From Bacteroidota bacterium (GTDB lineage Bacteria; Bacteroidota; Bacteroidia; AKYH767-A; OLB10): DNA of 64,000 nucleotides. The stretch covers positions 90,836 through 154,835 of the forward strand of contig JADJPB010000012.1 in assembly GCA_016713445.1 (NCBI GenBank). The letters are read 5' to 3'. The position numbers were made by a program, and so were the translations under genes. This document shows positions 63,380 through 64,000 of the stretch, one piece after another (position 1 is the stretch's first letter; every line of letters begins with the position of its first letter). The notes under the pieces are model-generated. The model ran no database searches, had not been told where the DNA came from, and saw only the letters and a program-made list of their open reading frames with translations.

Positions 63380-64000
63380 ATGATGAAGTTATCCAAGCGA
63401 GGTATTATTTTCGGGAATAGTTGGACCTTATTCAAGAAGATGCCCGTGCTTCGATTTTTAATTCCTTTTGTTTTTGGAATGCTTGCAGCGGAATATTTTA
63501 AATGGAGTGATTTTCCGTTGATGGTTTTTGGAGTTTTATTTTTGTTAGTTGTTGGAATGTTTAGTACACTTAAGACAAAGTTTGCAAAGCGTCATTATTT
63601 TGGAATTTTTTTGCAAATATTTTTGTTGTTAGCGGGTTATGAACTCTGTTTTTATCGATGAAAAGATTATGGTCATCGCATTTTGAACATGAAACGAAGA
63701 AGGAAAAGTATTTGGTAGAATTAATTTCTGGCGCACAGGAAAAACCAAAATCATTCAAATTTAAGGGGGAAGTAAAAGCGGTATTTAACGGGAAGAATTG
63801 GATAGATGCTACTGGTAAAATTTCAATGTATTTGTCTAAGAAAAATTATAAAGACTCCTTATTTTACGGTGATCAAATTGTTTTTACGGATGCTCCCGAA
63901 GAAATTTTGTTGGAGAAAGACAAATCTTACACAGCGTTGAGTCATCATCGACAAATTTTTCATCGAATGTTTGTTCGGCAGTATGCAAAAGTAAATATTA
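63380..64000 (+). CDS. ComEC/Rec2-family membrane protein, N-terminal part (continues past the window end); one frame break
   Basis: N-terminal TM helices (PVLRFLIPFVFGMLAAEYF) are followed by a DUF4131-like segment (..KFKGEVKAVFNGKNWIDATGKISMYLSKK..LFYGDQIVF). The frames join if T5 63649-63653 is T6. Confidence 0.6.

Noticed and set aside
1749-63661. Programmed ribosomal frameshifting or transcriptional slippage as the explanation for the many frame breaks
   Set aside because: The breaks occur in about 28 unrelated genes, in both +1 and -1 directions and at runs as short as 2-4 nt. There are no shared slippery heptamers or downstream structures. One break is directly contradicted by a sister repeat copy (54446-54451 versus 54491-54495). 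It cannot be excluded without reads.
1-64000. tRNA, rRNA, tmRNA, RNase P or riboswitch genes
   Set aside because: All spacers longer than 100 bp were read on both strands. No cloverleaf-compatible GC-rich 70-90 nt segment, T-loop GTTCRANYC box or rRNA-like sequence was seen. This negative result is limited by the lack of covariance-model tools.

Overview
AT-rich chromosomal segment of a Bacteroidota-type genome. Lineage markers are gldF/gldG, a T9SS C-terminal sorting signal, bshC, the rpmG-DUF4295-ftsY cluster and TAnnTTTG -7 promoter boxes. I count about 58 protein genes. Most are housekeeping: xerD, aroQ, trmD, dnaN, RelA/SpoT, fur, purA, cinA, rpmB, rpmG, ftsY, rimO, bshC, valS, aroC and an ABC-F ATPase. 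Also present are an exopolysaccharide export locus (WecA-like, rfbC, wzc, wza, GT4, and a separate Wzx-like flippase), a KirBac-type K+ channel operon, GH13 plus MFS genes, a wHTH+Fic pair and a two-component system. By eye I found no rRNA, tRNA, CRISPR, IS element or prophage. Three things stand out. (1) Roughly half of the genes, including essential ones, have the reading frame broken by +/-1 nt, nearly always inside A/T homopolymers. This looks like assembly or sequencing error, so I merged the ORF-track fragments into single genes. (2) A much more heavily degraded two-gene block splits rpmB from rpmG. (3) Almost every long intergenic spacer, especially at convergent gene ends, is built from short-period (mostly 7 bp) stutter repeats and REP-like palindromes, including a 40-bp element present twice. 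I did not find a convincing novel multi-gene system such as a defence island. The best follow-up candidates are the repeat family, the wHTH+Fic pair with a Gln in place of the Fic catalytic His, the reductase-Kir-TPR operon, and a 525-bp insertion flanked by a duplicated gene 5' end. All coordinates of frame breaks come from hand translation and are accurate to a few nt.
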